Source: Thermofilum adornatum
GTDB lineage: Archaea; Thermoproteota; Thermoprotei; Thermofilales; Thermofilaceae
Length of the DNA stretch: 32,000 nt
Assembly (NCBI RefSeq): GCF_000446015.1
Contig: NC_022093.1
Span: forward strand, 270,001 to 302,000
Direction of reading: 5' to 3'
Positions 1 to 9,459 of this stretch are shown piece by piece (the first letter of the stretch is position 1; each line of letters opens with the position of its first letter). Made by a program: the position numbers and the translations under genes. The notes beneath the pieces were generated by a model. It did not search any database. It worked only from the letters and a program-made list of their open reading frames with translations, and had not been told where the DNA came from.

Positions 1-37
1 AGACATTCTTTAGGCGAAAACATTTTGTATTCATTTT

Positions 38-3000
38 GTGGGGTGGAGTTGTATGATAAAAAGCTTAGAGCAGAAGTTTGATCCTAAAAGGTATGAAGAA
101 GAGATACTTAGATTCTGGGACGAGAATAAAGTCTACAAGCAAATAAAAGAGAAAAACATGTCTTCGCCCAGAAAGTTCTATTTCCTTGACGGTCCCCCGT
201 ATCCATCGAGTAATGTTCCACATGTTGGAACGCTCTGGAACAAGATACTTAAAGACTCCATTGTCAGATATTATAGGGCGAGAGGCTATCGGGTTAACGA
301 CCAGCCCGGGTACGATTGTCACGGCCTGCCCATAGAGGTTCAGATAGAAAAGAGACTTGGATTTAAGACAAAAAAGGAAATAGAAGACTACGGCGTTGAA
401 AGGTTCATCGAGGAGTGTAAGAATTTTGCAAAGAGAAACCTCGAAGAAATGAACCTGCACTTCAAGAATTTCGGAGTTTCTATGGACTGGGATAATCCCT
501 ACCTTACAATGAACAATGAATACATAGAGAGCGCGTGGTGGCTAGTCAAGAAGGCAGAAGAAAAGGGGTTACTCGACTATGGTTTAAAGGTTGTTCATTG
601 GTGCCCAAGATGTGAAACCACTCTAGCAGACTACGAGGTGACCGAATACAAGGAGCTTGAAGATCCATCGATCTACGTAAAGTTCCCAGTTGCCGGCGAG
701 AAAAACAAGTATCTCTTGATATGGACTACCACGCCTTGGACTCTGCCCGCAAACGTAGCAGTAATGGCTCATCCGGACCTGGAATACGTTTGGGTAGAAG
801 TCAACGGCGAAGAATTGCTCATGCTATCTACACGGGTCAGTGAAGTGATGAAGGAAGCCGGGATTCAAAACTACAGAGTTGTGAAAAGCGTCAAGGGAAA
901 AGACCTCGAGGGGTTAAAATATATTCATCCCCTAGAGGAGGAAGTAACAATACAGAAATTACTGAGAGACTACCATAGGGTAGTTCTGTCAAGCGAATAT
1001 GTGACTTCTGAAGAGGGTACAGGGCTAGTTCATATGGCGACTGGCCATGGAGAAGAAGACTACAAGGTTGGAGTTGATCATGGATTTCCCGTTTTCTCTA
1101 TTCTTGATGATAAAGGCGTAATGGTGAAGGATGCAGGAAAGTATGCTGGAATCTATCATCGAGACGCCAACAGCCTCATAGTGGAGGATCTAAAGAAGAA
1201 GGGTTACTTGTTCCATTATGGAACAATCAAGCACAGGTATCCCGTCTGTTGGAGATGCAAGACTCCGCTGGTTCTCAGAGCTACCCGGCAATGGTACATT
1301 AGGGTAACACAGCTTAAAGAAAAGTTCCTAGAGGAGGCATACAACGTTGACTGGGTTCCAAAGTGGGCTGGTTATTCGAGGTTTAAGAACTGGTTGCAGG
1401 GGCTCAGAGACTGGATTATCTCTAGGCAGAGGTATTGGGGGACACCTGCCCCTATATGGATATGTGATAAGTGCGGGCATAGGGTTGTAGTTGGCTCTAG
1501 GAAAGAGCTGGAGGGGCTTGCCGGCCAAAAGCTGGAGCTGAAGGATCTCCACAAGCCATGGGTTGACAGAATAACATTGAAGTGTCCCAAGTGTGGAGGA
1601 GAGATGCACAGGGTACCAGATGTCCTTGATGTTTGGCTCGACAGTGGAGTCGCTTTTTATGCGTCGCTGGGCTACCCTCGGAGACGCGAGCTTTTCGATT
1701 CATTAATGCCTGTAGACCTCATAATAGAGGGGCACGACCAGATAGCTGGATGGTTCTTCTCGACGCTTAGAAGTGGTCTGATAACTATTGACAAATGTCC
1801 CTACAAGAGAGTCTTGATGCATGGATTCGCGCTGGACGAGCAGGGTAGAGAGATGCATAAGTCGCTGGGAAACTATGTGGAGCCCCGGCAGATACTGGAA
1901 TATGAATACGGCTCTAGAGACGTATTTAGATGGTTTGTACTGAAGAACACTATATGGGAAGACCTGAGGTTCTCTTGGGCTGGACTACAGGAGACATATT
2001 CCGATCTAAACATTCTCTGGAATGTTTACTACTTCGCAACCCTCTACATGAACCTTGACAATTACAGTGAAGAATCCCACGGCCTCGAAAAGTACCTCAA
2101 TTCCTTAAAGCCTGAAGACCGATGGATACTTTCCAGGCTGGGCAAGCTTTATCTCTCATTTACTCAAAACTTTGAGAGCCTCAATATCCACAAAGCGGCC
2201 AGAGACCTTAGAGACTTTGTTGTCGAGGATCTTAGCCACTGGTACGTAAGGCTCGTCAGGCCCAGGGTATGGATCGAGGAGAGCGCTACAGAAAAATACT
2301 CTGCATACGCGACCCTCTATACAGTCCTCTTTAACCTCCTTATAATGGCTTCACCTATACTGCCTTTCACTACTGAGAAAATTTATCAGTCCTCTTTCTA
2401 TAGTCCAGGGAAAACCATATCTATACACATGTACGAGTGGCCTAGCGGGCTAGACAAGTTCATTAATGAAGAACTAGAAACAGAGATGGAAAAAGTCAGG
2501 AACATAGTAGAGAGAGCCTTGTCGCTGAGGATGAAGAAGGGCATAAAAATAAGACAGCCTCTGCCGGCCCTCTATGTCTTCACATCTGACAGCCTTGTCG
2601 AGAAAGCCGTAAAGACCTTTGAACACGTGGTAGAGGCACAGGTTAATGTTAAGAGTATAAAGGTTCTCCCGCTAGAAGAGGTACAAAGTTACAGAAGAGT
2701 TGTTTTGGAGCCGGTATACAAGGAAATAGGTCCTGTATTTAAGGGTAAAGCCAAACAGATAGTCGAGAAACTTGCATCTATAAGTGATCCCTCTATTGCC
2801 GAGAAACTTTTAAAGGAAGGCCATATTGAGTTAGAAATAGACGGCGAAAAGGTGACTATACGCAAGGAAATGGTAAACGTGCTGGAAAACTGGAACGAGG
2901 GGTTCCTCGGCGAGAAAAATGACTTTGGATACATAGTCCTGGATTTAAGATTCAGTGAGCGCGAGCTCGCTGAGGGGCTTGCCAGAGATCTACTTAGACG

Positions 3001-3238
3001 TATACAGTTCATGCGTAAAGAGTTGTCCCTCCCAGTGGATGCCAACATTATAACTTATATGTGGGTTCCCAGCGAGGTCAAAAAATACGTTATCGAGTTT
3101 CAAGAGTACCTCCAAAATGAGTCTAGAAGCAAAAGCTTCTCGCTGGTCGATTCTCCAGAAAACGTTAGGGGCGAACTGGTTAGAGAATGGGAAGTCGGAG
3201 ACCTGAGAGTCGTTATCGGTATTACGCGGGCCTCCTAG
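38..3238 (+). CDS. ileS: Isoleucyl-tRNA synthetase (class I, archaeal length)
   Basis: 1066-aa ORF. HIGH-type motif in PPYPSSNVPHVGTLWNK and a KMSKS-type loop MHKSLGN. IleRS-typical WCPRCETTL, CWRCKTPL and DWIISRQRYWGTPAPIW, plus Cys knuckles CDKCGH and CPKCGG. The ATG at 53 (MIKSLEQKF) is as plausible a start as the GTG at 38. Confidence 0.93.
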   Translation: MGWSCMIKSLEQKFDPKRYEEEILRFWDENKVYKQIKEKNMSSPRKFYFLDGPPYPSSNVPHVGTLWNKILKDSIVRYYRARGYRVNDQPGYDCHGLPIEVQIEKRLGFKTKKEIEDYGVERFIEECKNFAKRNLEEMNLHFKNFGVSMDWDNPYLTMNNEYIESAWWLVKKAEEKGLLDYGLKVVHWCPRCETTLADYEVTEYKELEDPSIYVKFPVAGEKNKYLLIWTTTPWTLPANVAVMAHPDLEYVWVEVNGEELLMLSTRVSEVMKEAGIQNYRVVKSVKGKDLEGLKYIHPLEEEVTIQKLLRDYHRVVLSSEYVTSEEGTGLVHMATGHGEEDYKVGVDHGFPVFSILDDKGVMVKDAGKYAGIYHRDANSLIVEDLKKKGYLFHYGTIKHRYPVCWRCKTPLVLRATRQWYIRVTQLKEKFLEEAYNVDWVPKWAGYSRFKNWLQGLRDWIISRQRYWGTPAPIWICDKCGHRVVVGSRKELEGLAGQKLELKDLHKPWVDRITLKCPKCGGEMHRVPDVLDVWLDSGVAFYASLGYPRRRELFDSLMPVDLIIEGHDQIAGWFFSTLRSGLITIDKCPYKRVLMHGFALDEQGREMHKSLGNYVEPRQILEYEYGSRDVFRWFVLKNTIWEDLRFSWAGLQETYSDLNILWNVYYFATLYMNLDNYSEESHGLEKYLNSLKPEDRWILSRLGKLYLSFTQNFESLNIHKAARDLRDFVVEDLSHWYVRLVRPRVWIEESATEKYSAYATLYTVLFNLLIMASPILPFTTEKIYQSSFYSPGKTISIHMYEWPSGLDKFINEELETEMEKVRNIVERALSLRMKKGIKIRQPLPALYVFTSDSLVEKAVKTFEHVVEAQVNVKSIKVLPLEEVQSYRRVVLEPVYKEIGPVFKGKAKQIVEKLASISDPSIAEKLLKEGHIELEIDGEKVTIRKEMVNVLENWNEGFLGEKNDFGYIVLDLRFSERELAEGLARDLLRRIQFMRKELSLPVDANIITYMWVPSEVKKYVIEFQEYLQNESRSKSFSLVDSPENVRGELVREWEVGDLRVVIGITRAS

Positions 3239-3945
3239 ATCTTGACCCCTTTACTTGCAAATATTTCTATGAGTTTTCTCCCATCACCCAGCATGTCATG
3301 ATTATTGTTGAAGAATATGTAGGCTTTTTCGGGAGCTACCTGGATAATTTTCTCTGCTACCTCTTCTAGTTCTTCATCGAGATAGCCGTAATTGTACCAT
3401 GTTAGCCTGCCATGCATCCTGACATACACTATTCCATTGATTTTCACAACGCCGTCTGGTGGTAGTCCTTCGAAGATTGGAGAATCAGGAGTTACAAAGT
3501 GTATTCCTTTTTCTTCAAAAAATTCGTAGACCTCCTTGTTGAACCAGGACTCATGTCTAGGCTCTATAGCTACCTTGTGGGACATAGAGGAAAACCGCGA
3601 CAGACGTTGTTTTGCCTCATTGTTGAATTGGAATGTTGGCGGCAATTGGAACAAGTAGAAATCAATTTTGTCTTCTAGCGGCTCAAAAACTGAGACAAAC
3701 TTTTCCCAGGTCGGGATGGCTTTCTCGTTTAGCCTACGTAAATGTGTTATACTCCTATGAACCTTTATCGACCACCTTAGCCTTCCCGATTCTTCGCTCC
3801 ACCTTTCAACTGCTGATTTTTGGGGGAAACTGTAGAAACTCATGTTAAGCTCTATAGCGTTGAAACCGCTCTCCCTAGAATACCACTCTAAGCCGTTAGG
3901 GTTCCAGTCATATTTCCATCCAGAGGTGCCAACGTACAGCAACAT
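3235..3945 (-). CDS. DUF72 (UPF0759, YecE-like) family protein
   Basis: 236 aa. N-terminal GTSGWKYDW motif, then FYSFP, FQLPP, HESW and RMHG segments in the order typical of DUF72 TIM-barrel proteins. Its stop overlaps the ileS stop within CTAG at 3235-3238. Confidence 0.82.
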   Translation of the reverse strand: MLLYVGTSGWKYDWNPNGLEWYSRESGFNAIELNMSFYSFPQKSAVERWSEESGRLRWSIKVHRSITHLRRLNEKAIPTWEKFVSVFEPLEDKIDFYLFQLPPTFQFNNEAKQRLSRFSSMSHKVAIEPRHESWFNKEVYEFFEEKGIHFVTPDSPIFEGLPPDGVVKINGIVYVRMHGRLTWYNYGYLDEELEEVAEKIIQVAPEKAYIFFNNNHDMLGDGRKLIEIFASKGVKI

Positions 3946-3995
3946 AGCCCGTAACTAATAATTACTAGAACAGTCAAATATAGTATGCGGTTCAT

Positions 3996-5726
3996 ATGTC
4001 TGGGGACAGCCTAAAAAAGCTTGTAGCCATAATCTTTGCTTTAACCTTGTTTCTCAGCCTCAGGACTGTGTATAGCCAGGGAAGTGTTTTCTTTTACGGG
4101 CAGGTGGTAGACGAAAATGGTTCACCAATAGGCTCTGCCCAGCTCACTGTTTACAGGGGAATCTACATAGTAACTTCAGCTACGACTAAAAATGATGGAA
4201 GCTTCTCCTTGTTTGTACAGCCGGGAAGCTACACTCTAGTCATATACAAGAAGGGATATTCTCCCTTGTATTATTCCTTCGAGGTTACGCCCGAGAAAGG
4301 CGGGAGTCTCGGACTCATAGTTTTAAAGAAGGGGGTAAGCGTAGTGCCAGAAGCCACATCCATCTCTGCCTCTCAGGGCGACAACGTTAGGATAAATTTG
4401 AGGATCTATAATTCTTGCCTCGACCCTCTACTCGTAAATTTCTCGTTCGTTGCTCCTAGAGACTGGGAAATAGCTCTGGTAGACTCTAAGGGTCTCGCTG
4501 TGAACAATGTATACCTGAATCCTGGAGAAAACAAGACGCTAACACTGGTAGCCAATGTCCCCTTGAATGCTACGGAGCTTTCCCTGGTGTCTCTCTATTA
4601 TTACTGGGCGAATCTATCCTCAAGAATAGACTTTACTTTCAGGATAGCCCAGAAAAACTGGAAGTTCTTCAACGTACCGACCGCTGTGATCAAGGGCTTT
4701 CCAGGAGCACAGATCGCAATCCCGATAAATATCACAAGCCCACTAAGTAACGATATACCTGTCACGCTCTACCTCATAACTCCTCCAAACATAATAGCAA
4801 CACTTGTAGACGAAAACGGTCTAGCCGTCCAGACAGTCATTGCAAAGCCGTCCATGCCAAGAAGGCTTCAGCTCATCCTATATGTTTCACCCAACGCCCA
4901 GCTCTCCACATACACCATAAAACTTGTTGCAAAAACAAGCTTTGCCCAACAAATCGAAAACATACAAGTTGATGTAGAAAGCTCCTACGACTTGTTAAAG
5001 ATAAACGTAAATGCCGCATCGCTGAATGCAACCTCTGGGTCAACATTATCGCTAAAGTTTATCCTAGAAAACGATGGAAACATGCCCACCGTCGCACTTG
5101 TAAAGGCCTCCGCTAACTCGCCCCTGATACGCGTATACATCTCTACCTCGGGGGAAAACCTGGCTTCTATATACCTTATGCCTGGAGAGAAAAAGACACT
5201 ATCGCTTGTTATTGAGCTTGACACCCTTCTTCCTCCAGGCGTCTACCTTCTCACCTTAAGTGCGAATGGGACAACAAGTACTGCTACTCAAGGAATAACG
5301 ATAGTGGTCTCTGGAACAAGGAGGCTAGAAGTCTTAACTACCAACTTTAAAGTTACAGGTAGGCCCGGATCTGTAGCTACATTTAAATTAGTGCTGGCCA
5401 ATAAGGGAACTGTAACACTCAAGGATGTTGTTTTGCAGGTCGACTCTCCAAGCAAGGATATTAGTGTAAGCTTTAACCCGACGCGCCTCTCTTTGCCGCC
5501 GAATTCAACTGCCAGCTTTGACTTGTCAATATACATTTCTCAAAATGTAACTGAGGGAATGTACAATATACCCCTCACAATTATTGCTGGAGAAATAAAG
5601 ACAAACAGGATCATAGTCCTAGAGGTAACGGCGGAACAGGGACTAAGCTATCCACTTATGGCTGTAGGCATTTTCGTAACAAGCCTAGCAGTTGTATATT
5701 ATTCAAATAAGAGACAGCGGAAATAA
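3996..5726 (+). CDS. Secreted, C-terminally membrane-anchored surface protein: CarboxypepD_reg-like N-domain plus four NEW3/CARDB-like modules (COG1470-like)
   Basis: 576 aa with an N-terminal signal/TM segment (LVAIIFALTLFLSL). GQVVDENGSPIGSAQLTVY...DGSFSLFVQPGSYTLVIYKKGY matches the carboxypeptidase-regulatory-like fold pattern. Four ~100-aa modules follow, each ending in a PGE(N/K)KTL-type strand and an NxT/S-rich loop. C-terminal TM segment (LMAVGIFVTSLAVVYY) followed by a basic tail. The product call is from pattern only. Confidence 0.6.
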   Translation: MSGDSLKKLVAIIFALTLFLSLRTVYSQGSVFFYGQVVDENGSPIGSAQLTVYRGIYIVTSATTKNDGSFSLFVQPGSYTLVIYKKGYSPLYYSFEVTPEKGGSLGLIVLKKGVSVVPEATSISASQGDNVRINLRIYNSCLDPLLVNFSFVAPRDWEIALVDSKGLAVNNVYLNPGENKTLTLVANVPLNATELSLVSLYYYWANLSSRIDFTFRIAQKNWKFFNVPTAVIKGFPGAQIAIPINITSPLSNDIPVTLYLITPPNIIATLVDENGLAVQTVIAKPSMPRRLQLILYVSPNAQLSTYTIKLVAKTSFAQQIENIQVDVESSYDLLKINVNAASLNATSGSTLSLKFILENDGNMPTVALVKASANSPLIRVYISTSGENLASIYLMPGEKKTLSLVIELDTLLPPGVYLLTLSANGTTSTATQGITIVVSGTRRLEVLTTNFKVTGRPGSVATFKLVLANKGTVTLKDVVLQVDSPSKDISVSFNPTRLSLPPNSTASFDLSIYISQNVTEGMYNIPLTIIAGEIKTNRIIVLEVTAEQGLSYPLMAVGIFVTSLAVVYYSNKRQRK

Positions 5727-5766
5727 GAAGGGACCATATTTGGGCAACGTAGCTCAATATTTCTTA

Positions 5767-6990
5767 ATGTTCTTCTTAGGGCTGCAGACAGCTCTGACGC
5801 CATGCTACTTGCCCGTATTCCCTGTGTTCCTTGCGTTGTCAACTAGGAAAAACGCAAAGACGTGGCAGACAGGCATATTTTTTAGCGTGGGAGTTGTTCT
5901 TAGCTTTATCTTGTACGGGGTTCTACTCGTAGTCGGAGGAGGTATTATCAGGATTTTCTTGACAAGTCTAAATCAACAATTTGTAAATATTGCTCTGGGC
6001 ATAGTCCTAATAGCGCTAGGAATATCATTGCTGACCCCGTTAAGAGAATTTTTTACAGTGCTACCCTCGGCTACACCTGTAAGCAAGATATCTGGGCGCC
6101 TAGACTCACTTTTCTTTGGCTTCTTTTTCAGCCTAGCTGCAGCCCCCTGTGCAGCTGCATTGATGACGGCGGCGCTTTCACAGGTGCTTTTATATGCATT
6201 GACAAGTCTATTCGAGCCCTTGCTTCTTATGTTGCTCTATGGTTTGGGTACAGCCACGCCTTTCCTAGTTATCGGTGTTTTAGGTGATCTAGTGAAGACA
6301 TTCTACAGAGGAAAATCGTTAAGAAACTTCTTTTTGAAACATAGCGAAACAATTAGTGGAGGACTTTTGATAATTTTTGGAGTTTTCTCGATCTATACTA
6401 TTGAAAACTTTGACGTAATTCTTCCAGTAGTGTCTAGGAGCCTTCTTCCTGTGCTAGAAATCTTCCTCTTTACTGCAATTATTTACTATGCTTATTCACA
6501 GCTAAAGGTAGGTTTTTATCTTGAGGCAACCGAGCTGACACTAGGGGGTGCTGGCTTTTTGCTCGCCTCTTTTACATTGATTAACCTCGACTACTTGGAC
6601 GCCATTATTAGAGGTCCTCCATCCGATAAAATATCGTTTCTTTTGGACATAATTGGAACCCTCGGGAAAATTTTCCTATTGGCAAGTTTCAGCCTGTTAG
6701 CGGTAAAGACACGGTTCCTAGAGGTGGTTCCCATTGGTATCCCCCTCAAAACAGGCATAGATGCTTTACTCTTTTTTACCATGCTTCCAATCACCAAGAG
6801 GGATAAAGAAACACGGTTCCTACTATTATTTGTTCTCTACCTGTTTTTAAAAGACGTTGCGATGCTCCTCCCTGACTATATTTACGTTCTAAGTGCTGTT
6901 TTTGCTATTGAGAGCAGCCTCGGCGTATTTCTGGCTGGAAGAAAACTATCCACAAAATATACTGTTCTAAAACTATACCAAGAGGTCTAG
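5767..6990 (+). CDS. CcdA/DsbD-type thiol-disulfide transmembrane electron-transfer domain fused to an extra ~200-aa polytopic membrane domain
   Basis: The two hallmark membrane-embedded Cys-Pro motifs are present: TPCYLPVFPVF and AAAPCAAALM. About 12 hydrophobic helices in total. The track ORF starts at 5692, but that overlaps the upstream gene. The ATG at 5767 (MFFLGLQTALTPC) is the likely start. Confidence 0.68.
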   Translation: MFFLGLQTALTPCYLPVFPVFLALSTRKNAKTWQTGIFFSVGVVLSFILYGVLLVVGGGIIRIFLTSLNQQFVNIALGIVLIALGISLLTPLREFFTVLPSATPVSKISGRLDSLFFGFFFSLAAAPCAAALMTAALSQVLLYALTSLFEPLLLMLLYGLGTATPFLVIGVLGDLVKTFYRGKSLRNFFLKHSETISGGLLIIFGVFSIYTIENFDVILPVVSRSLLPVLEIFLFTAIIYYAYSQLKVGFYLEATELTLGGAGFLLASFTLINLDYLDAIIRGPPSDKISFLLDIIGTLGKIFLLASFSLLAVKTRFLEVVPIGIPLKTGIDALLFFTMLPITKRDKETRFLLLFVLYLFLKDVAMLLPDYIYVLSAVFAIESSLGVFLAGRKLSTKYTVLKLYQEV

Positions 6991-7254
6991 CATTTGTCTC
7001 AATACGTAACTGTTTTTATTGAGCCTGTACGATATCGGATTCTCATCGACAATTTCCAGGATACCGAGCGAGACAAAACGCTGTAAAATTGGACGCGCGT
7101 GGCTAACCAGTGCTTCTTTTTCGACTCGGTAGCGCGTAAATGTTTCTTCGGGGTTTTTAAGGAAAAGTGCAAGGATTCTAAGCGTAGACCTGGCCTCTGG
7201 GAATAGTTCGCCTAGATATTCAAGAAAGTTTCCAAGCTTTATCAGTTCAGCCAA
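6973..7254 (-). CDS. Small putative winged-helix DNA-binding protein
   Basis: 93 aa. The pattern TRYRVEKEALVSHARPILQRFVSLGILEIVDENPISYRLN resembles the recognition helix plus wing of MarR/ArsR-type wHTH proteins. The start overlaps the GH57 stop by 8 nt, which suggests translational coupling. Confidence 0.5.
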   Translation of the reverse strand: MAELIKLGNFLEYLGELFPEARSTLRILALFLKNPEETFTRYRVEKEALVSHARPILQRFVSLGILEIVDENPISYRLNKNSYVLRQMLDLLV

Positions 7255-8803
7255 AGAGCTCGGCCCTCCTGTTCTCGAGGACGCTTAGAAGCTGTTTTCT
7301 AATTTCCTCGGGGCTTGCTACGTTTATTTCTCTAATTTTTCTGGCAAGCTCTACGTCGCCTACAACATATTCAATCCAGTTTGCGAAATCCTGCAGGGAC
7401 TGGTGGTGAACTATGGTTTCTGGGGGCACTTCGCGTAGTGCCTCAATGAATGAAAACATGTTCCATGCCTGTTTTCCTAGGGGTTTTCCCGGACCCGCAT
7501 AGAAGTAGAACTTGTTTTCGTCTGGGAGGCTTCGCATCCACGCGTATCTCATAAGTGCTTTTTTATCGTTTTCCAATGCGAGGAGCGTCCTTGTCTCGAG
7601 GTCTCCTATAGCCTCTGAGAAGAGCATGTGGGCTTCATACGGGTTTTTATATGGACTAAAATAGGAGTGAACGTCGCCTGGCCCCCCGCCTTTAGTTGAC
7701 ATGTAGTAGAAGTGGTCGCTTATAGATAGTAGTCTCCAAAGCCTTTCATAGCCAGGGTTGCGTAGAGCCTTTATCTGTAGCCAGAGATCTCTCAGCCTGT
7801 TAAAAGCGTCCTGTTGCATAAAATTGCCGATCCATGCAGATAGGTCTCTCTCGAGGTCTGCCCATGAAATCGTCATGTGTTCTGGAACGTCTATCTCGTC
7901 TCTCGGCTGTAGATGCTCCGCTACCTCTGTAGGCGTTGAAATAGTTAGGTTTTCCCATTTTAGTATTTCGCCTGGAAGCCACCTTAGGAACTCAAATATA
8001 CCTGTCTCGGCGGGGAAGTGTTCTCCAAAGGTTTCATAGTCGATGGCTATTAGTATGACGTCGCCAGGTGTCGCCGCTAGCCATGCCGAGTATTTTTCAG
8101 CGGTAAGTGGATACTCATTCCACCATGTAGAGCCAAAGCGGAAGCCTATGTCGTCCGACAGCCTGTAGTTCCTCATTAGGACACGTATATTGCAGTTCTT
8201 TGCCTTGTATAGGTAATTGGGGCTCCTCCAGCCAAGTATTCTTTCGACGCCTTCCGTTAATACAACTTTGTATCCAAGCCTGTCAAAGAGGCAACCAACA
8301 TAGTTGTTGTAAATGAACTCTGTGTTTTCTATAGCTCTGGGCTCGTAATTTAGCTCTTTCTTGATAAGCCTCCTGTGCTCGTTGACCTGATATATAAACT
8401 CTTCTTCTGCCACTAGAAAAGCCAAACTATGATAATATGTTTGGTCTAAGAACTCAACCAGCCCTGTCGAGGCAAGCTGTCTAAAGCTTTCAACAAGCTC
8501 TGGGAACCATCTAGAAGCCTGCTCCAAGAGGACGCCAGACACGCTATAGGCTACTTTGAATTTTTTCCCAGAGTCCTTGAAGTACTCGATCTGCTGCTTT
8601 ATTGTATAGTTTGCAGGCAAATAGCATCTCTTCGCAACCCTCTCAAAAACATACCTGTTTAGATCCTCATCAAAGTATATTTTTTCTAGGTCTTCTGGGG
8701 TCAATCTTCCCTTTCTTATGAGGTTGCTTAGGAGAAGAGATTTAATGTTTCTGCGGAGCCTATACGGCTGGTGAACTTCAAACATAAATACGATATGCTT
8801 CAA
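7247..8803 (-). CDS. Glycoside hydrolase family 57 protein (alpha-amylase/alpha-glucan-active, COG1449-like)
   Basis: 518 aa. N-terminal FEVHQPYRL motif and IDYETFGEH segment characteristic of the GH57 amylase-like group. TTG start at 8803 preceded by GGTGG 5 nt upstream. Confidence 0.78.
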   Translation of the reverse strand: MKHIVFMFEVHQPYRLRRNIKSLLLSNLIRKGRLTPEDLEKIYFDEDLNRYVFERVAKRCYLPANYTIKQQIEYFKDSGKKFKVAYSVSGVLLEQASRWFPELVESFRQLASTGLVEFLDQTYYHSLAFLVAEEEFIYQVNEHRRLIKKELNYEPRAIENTEFIYNNYVGCLFDRLGYKVVLTEGVERILGWRSPNYLYKAKNCNIRVLMRNYRLSDDIGFRFGSTWWNEYPLTAEKYSAWLAATPGDVILIAIDYETFGEHFPAETGIFEFLRWLPGEILKWENLTISTPTEVAEHLQPRDEIDVPEHMTISWADLERDLSAWIGNFMQQDAFNRLRDLWLQIKALRNPGYERLWRLLSISDHFYYMSTKGGGPGDVHSYFSPYKNPYEAHMLFSEAIGDLETRTLLALENDKKALMRYAWMRSLPDENKFYFYAGPGKPLGKQAWNMFSFIEALREVPPETIVHHQSLQDFANWIEYVVGDVELARKIREINVASPEEIRKQLLSVLENRRAELFG

Positions 8804-8859
8804 TCTTCCACCAAGTTTTATAATAGAAAATAAAAATTTATAGATGTTGCGTGGAAGCC

Positions 8860-9390
8860 CTACTTTTGGGACTTATTGTACCTATCGATTGCTTTTTGTA
8901 TGGCTTCGAGGGCAGCTTCGCGTCCTTTCCAGTTCCTGACTTTGACCCATTTCCCCTTCTCTAGCTCCTTGTAGTGCTCAAAGAAGTGTTTAATACGCTC
9001 TTTCACTACATCGTCTACATCGTTGATGTCCTTTATTTTTGCAAACCTGTTGTCTATTTTTTCGTGGGGCACAGCTATGATTTTGCTGTCGGGTCCATTT
9101 TCGTCTTCCATCTCGAGGAGACCTATTGGTCTAGCGCGGACGACACTTCCGGGAGCCACTGAGTCGTAGCTGAGTAAAACCACGTCTACTGGGTCGCCGT
9201 CCTCTTCTAGCGTCTTGGGGACAAAGCCATAGTTAAAGGGGAAGACCATGCTCGTGAAAAGAACCCTGTCGACAAATATCATCCCGCTTTCCTTGTCGAG
9301 CTCGTACTTTATGTTGCTCCCAAGGGGGATCTCAACGACAACATAAATGTCTTCTGGAGGGTTTTTCCCTGGGGGAATATTCAGAGGCAT
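8860..9390 (-). CDS. ppa: Inorganic pyrophosphatase (family I)
   Basis: 176 aa. [28 protein letters not shown] and [14 protein letters not shown] match the family I PPase signature regions. Confidence 0.94.
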   Translation of the reverse strand: MPLNIPPGKNPPEDIYVVVEIPLGSNIKYELDKESGMIFVDRVLFTSMVFPFNYGFVPKTLEEDGDPVDVVLLSYDSVAPGSVVRARPIGLLEMEDENGPDSKIIAVPHEKIDNRFAKIKDINDVDDVVKERIKHFFEHYKELEKGKWVKVRNWKGREAALEAIQKAIDRYNKSQK

Positions 9391-9459
9391 TTTCTCACCA
9401 ATGGATACAATCTCTGGAAGACTTTAAAAAATGTTGTGTTAGATCATGACAGGCGTAAA

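Noticed and set aside
5692-5766. N-terminal 25 aa of the track ORF for the CcdA-like protein (MYIIQIRDSGNKKGPYLGNVAQYFL)
   Set aside because: It overlaps the 3' end of the upstream surface-protein gene by 35 nt and is not membrane-like. The ATG at 5767 starts directly at the first TM helix.
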